From an uncultured delta proteobacterium (GTDB taxonomy: Bacteria > Myxococcota > Myxococcia > Myxococcales > Myxococcaceae): a DNA stretch of 64,000 bases. The notes under the pieces are model-generated. The model searched no databases. It was given only the letters and a program-made list of their open reading frames with translations, and was not told where the DNA came from. Of the stretch, positions 30,001 to 33,000 are shown in pieces. Location: contig CAVQKE010000007.1 of NCBI GenBank assembly GCA_963713045.1, positions 1 to 64,000 of the forward strand, written 5' to 3'. Each line of letters begins with the position of its first letter. The stretch's first letter is position 1. Both the position numbers and the translations under genes were made by a program.

Positions 30001-33000
30001 CCCCGGCGCCGGTATTGGTTACCGTGCCAATGCCGGCCAGCGAACCAATCGCATTGGAAAAGCCATTGAGGTCCAAGCTCGAATTGACCGTGAAATCCGA
30101 GGTGGCGCTCAGTCCCGTTCCAGAGCCTGCCTGCAATGTCCCGCCGCTTACCGTCGTGGCCCCTGAATAAGTATCGGCGCCACTCAGGGTCATGGTGCCG
30201 GTGCCGCTCTTGGTCAGCGCCAGGGTGCCGATGCCGTTGCTGAGCATTCCGCTAAAAGTGGTAGCCGTATTGTTACCCCCGGTGGTTAAGGTGGCCGCGC
30301 CGGTGGCGTTCACCGTGCCGGTGCCCGCCAGGGAACCGATCGTGTTGGAGAAAGTGCCCAGGTTTAAGGTCGCCCCGCTCACCGTGAAAGCAGAGTTTGC
30401 GCTTAAGCCGGTCGTCGAGCCCGCCTGCAGAGTACCGGCGCTCACCGTAGTCACTCCGCTATAGGTGTTAGCACCAAGCAGGGTCACCGTCCCCGCACCT
30501 GCCTGCACCACGCTGCCGGTGCCGATAATGTTGCCGCTTAGCGCCAGGCCAGAGTCGGTGCGATTGAATGCCAACACCCCGTTATCGGTAATGTTGCCGA
30601 CGATGGTTCCGCTTCCGCCGGCACTGCCCAGCTGCAGGGTGCCGCCACTGATCATCGTGCCGCCCGTGTAGGAGTTTGTCCCGGTCAGGGTCAAGGTGCC
30701 AGTACCGCTCTTGGTCAGCGCCAAGGCGCCGGGGCCGTTTTGCAGCGTGCCGCTAAAGACGCTAGACGTGTTATCGCCGCCGACGCTCAATGTCGCCCCG
30801 GCGCCGGTATTGGTTACCGTGCCGATGCCGGCCAGCGAACCAATCGCATTGGAAAAGCCATTGAGGTCTAAGGTCGAATTGACCGTAAAATCCGAGGTTG
30901 CGCTCAGCGCCGTTCCGGAGCCTGCCTGCAATGTCCCGCCGCTTACCGTCGTGGCCCCTGAATAAGTGTTGACTCCGCTCACGGTCATGGTGCCGGTGCC
31001 GCTCTTGGTCAGGGCCAGGGTACCGGTGCCGTTTATAAGCACTCCGCTAAAAGTGGTAGCCGTATTGTTACCCCCCGCAGTCAATGTGGCCGCGCCTGTG
31101 GCGCTCACCGTCCCGGTGCCGGCCAGGGAACCGATCGTGTTGGAGAAACTGCCCAGGTTTAACGTCGCCCCGCTGACCGTGTAAGCAGAGTTAGCGCTGA
31201 GCGCGGTCGTCGAACCCGCCTGCAGCGTGCCGGCGCTCACCGTAGTCACTCCGCTATAGGTGTTGGCACCCGAGAGGGTCACCGTGCCCGTACCGGCCTG
31301 CACCACGCTGCCAGTGCCGATAATGTTGCCGCTCAAAACCAGGCCGGAATCGGTGCGATTGAAGGCCAACACCCCGTTATCGGTGATGGCGCCCACGATG
31401 CTGCCGCTTGAGCCGGCACTGCCCAACTGCAACGTCCCGCCGCTGATCGTCGTGCCGCCACTGTAAGTATTGGCAGCCGTCAGGATCACCGTCCCCGGAC
31501 CGGTTATAGTGACGTCCCCTGCTCCGACCATTCCTACCCCGACCGTCCCTGTGACGCCGGTATTGGCCTCCAGCAGCGTGCCGCTTTGGGCCGTGATCGT
31601 GGAAGCATTGGCGGTGGTGATCTGGTAGTCGGTGGTCACAAATTGCAGCCCGGCGACACTCACCGGCGCTGTCAGGTTCACCGTTCCCGCGGTCCCTTGG
31701 AAGACTGCCAGCCCCTGTTTCCAGGCGGAGTTGCTGCTCCCATCTAACACCGTCCAATTGGTGGTGGCGTTGTCCCAGGTCCCGCTGCCGCCGGCTGGGC
31801 TGCTGCCGGTGGCGGTGGTATTAGGCCCATTCCAATACTCCAAAAGGCCCGTGCCATTGACCACCAGGTCGACCTGGTTGGCGGTAACCTGGATGCTCAA
31901 GGCGGCTCGGGTCACTCCGTTGGGAATCGTGCCAATCGTCAGCGCGCTCGCCAGACCGCTCTCGGTCCCGAAACCAAAAAGCTGGTAGGTCCCGGTCCCG
32001 AAAGTGCCCAGGTCGGCGATGTTGAGGGTTCCCCCCAAGGTCAGGTTGTTGTTCACTATCACCAGGTCGTTCACCCCGCCCCCCGCGTTACCCAATCCGG
32101 ACGGACCCAGTTGGAAATCGGAAATTGACCCGGAGTTTAACGCCAGCGAACCGACCGTCAGGGTACCCACGGCATTGTTGCCCGGCGCGAGGATACCTCC
32201 GCTCAAGACCGTCACTGCTCCGCTAATGGTCCCTGCGCCGCCTAAGGTTGCCCCAGTCTCCACATGCACCGCTGAATTACTTAAAGCGCCCTGAACCGTT
32301 AACTGGCCCCCTTGCACATCGCTTAATCCGCTATAGGAATTGGTCCCGCTCAGGATCAAGGTCCCGGTGCCGCTCTTGATCAGGGCCAATGTCCCGCCGC
32401 CGTTCTGCAGCGCCCCGCTGAAGGTCGTCGAGGCGTTGTCGCTCCCGGCAGTCAGGGTCGCCGTTCCGGTGGCGTTCACCGTGCCGCTGCCAGCCAGGGA
32501 ACCGATCGTGTTAGAAAAGGAGCCCAGGCTCAAAATCGAGGCGACCGTGAAATCTGAAGTGGCGCTAAAGGCGGTGATTGAACCCGCCTGCAGGGTGCCG
32601 GCACTCACCGTCGTCGCCCCGGAGTAGGTGTCGTTCCCGCTCAAGGTCAAGGTGCCGGTGCCGCTTTTGGTCAGCGCCAGGGTGGCTGACTGCAGCACAC
32701 CGCTAAAGGTTGTGGAGCTGTTGTTACCCCCGGCGCTCAAGGTGGCCGTGCCGGTGGCACTCACCGTACCGGTGCCGGCCAAAGAACCGATGGTGTTGGA
32801 AAAGCTACCCAGGTTTAAAGTCGCCCCGCTGACCGTGAAAGCGGAGTTGGCACTTAGCGCGCTCGTTGAACCCGCCTGCAGCGTCCCGGCGCTCACCGTG
32901 GTCACCCCGCTATAGGTGTTAGCGCCCGACAAGGTTACCGTGCCCGCACCGGTATTTGTCACGCTGCCGGTACCGGTAACGTTGCCGCTCAAAGCCAGGG

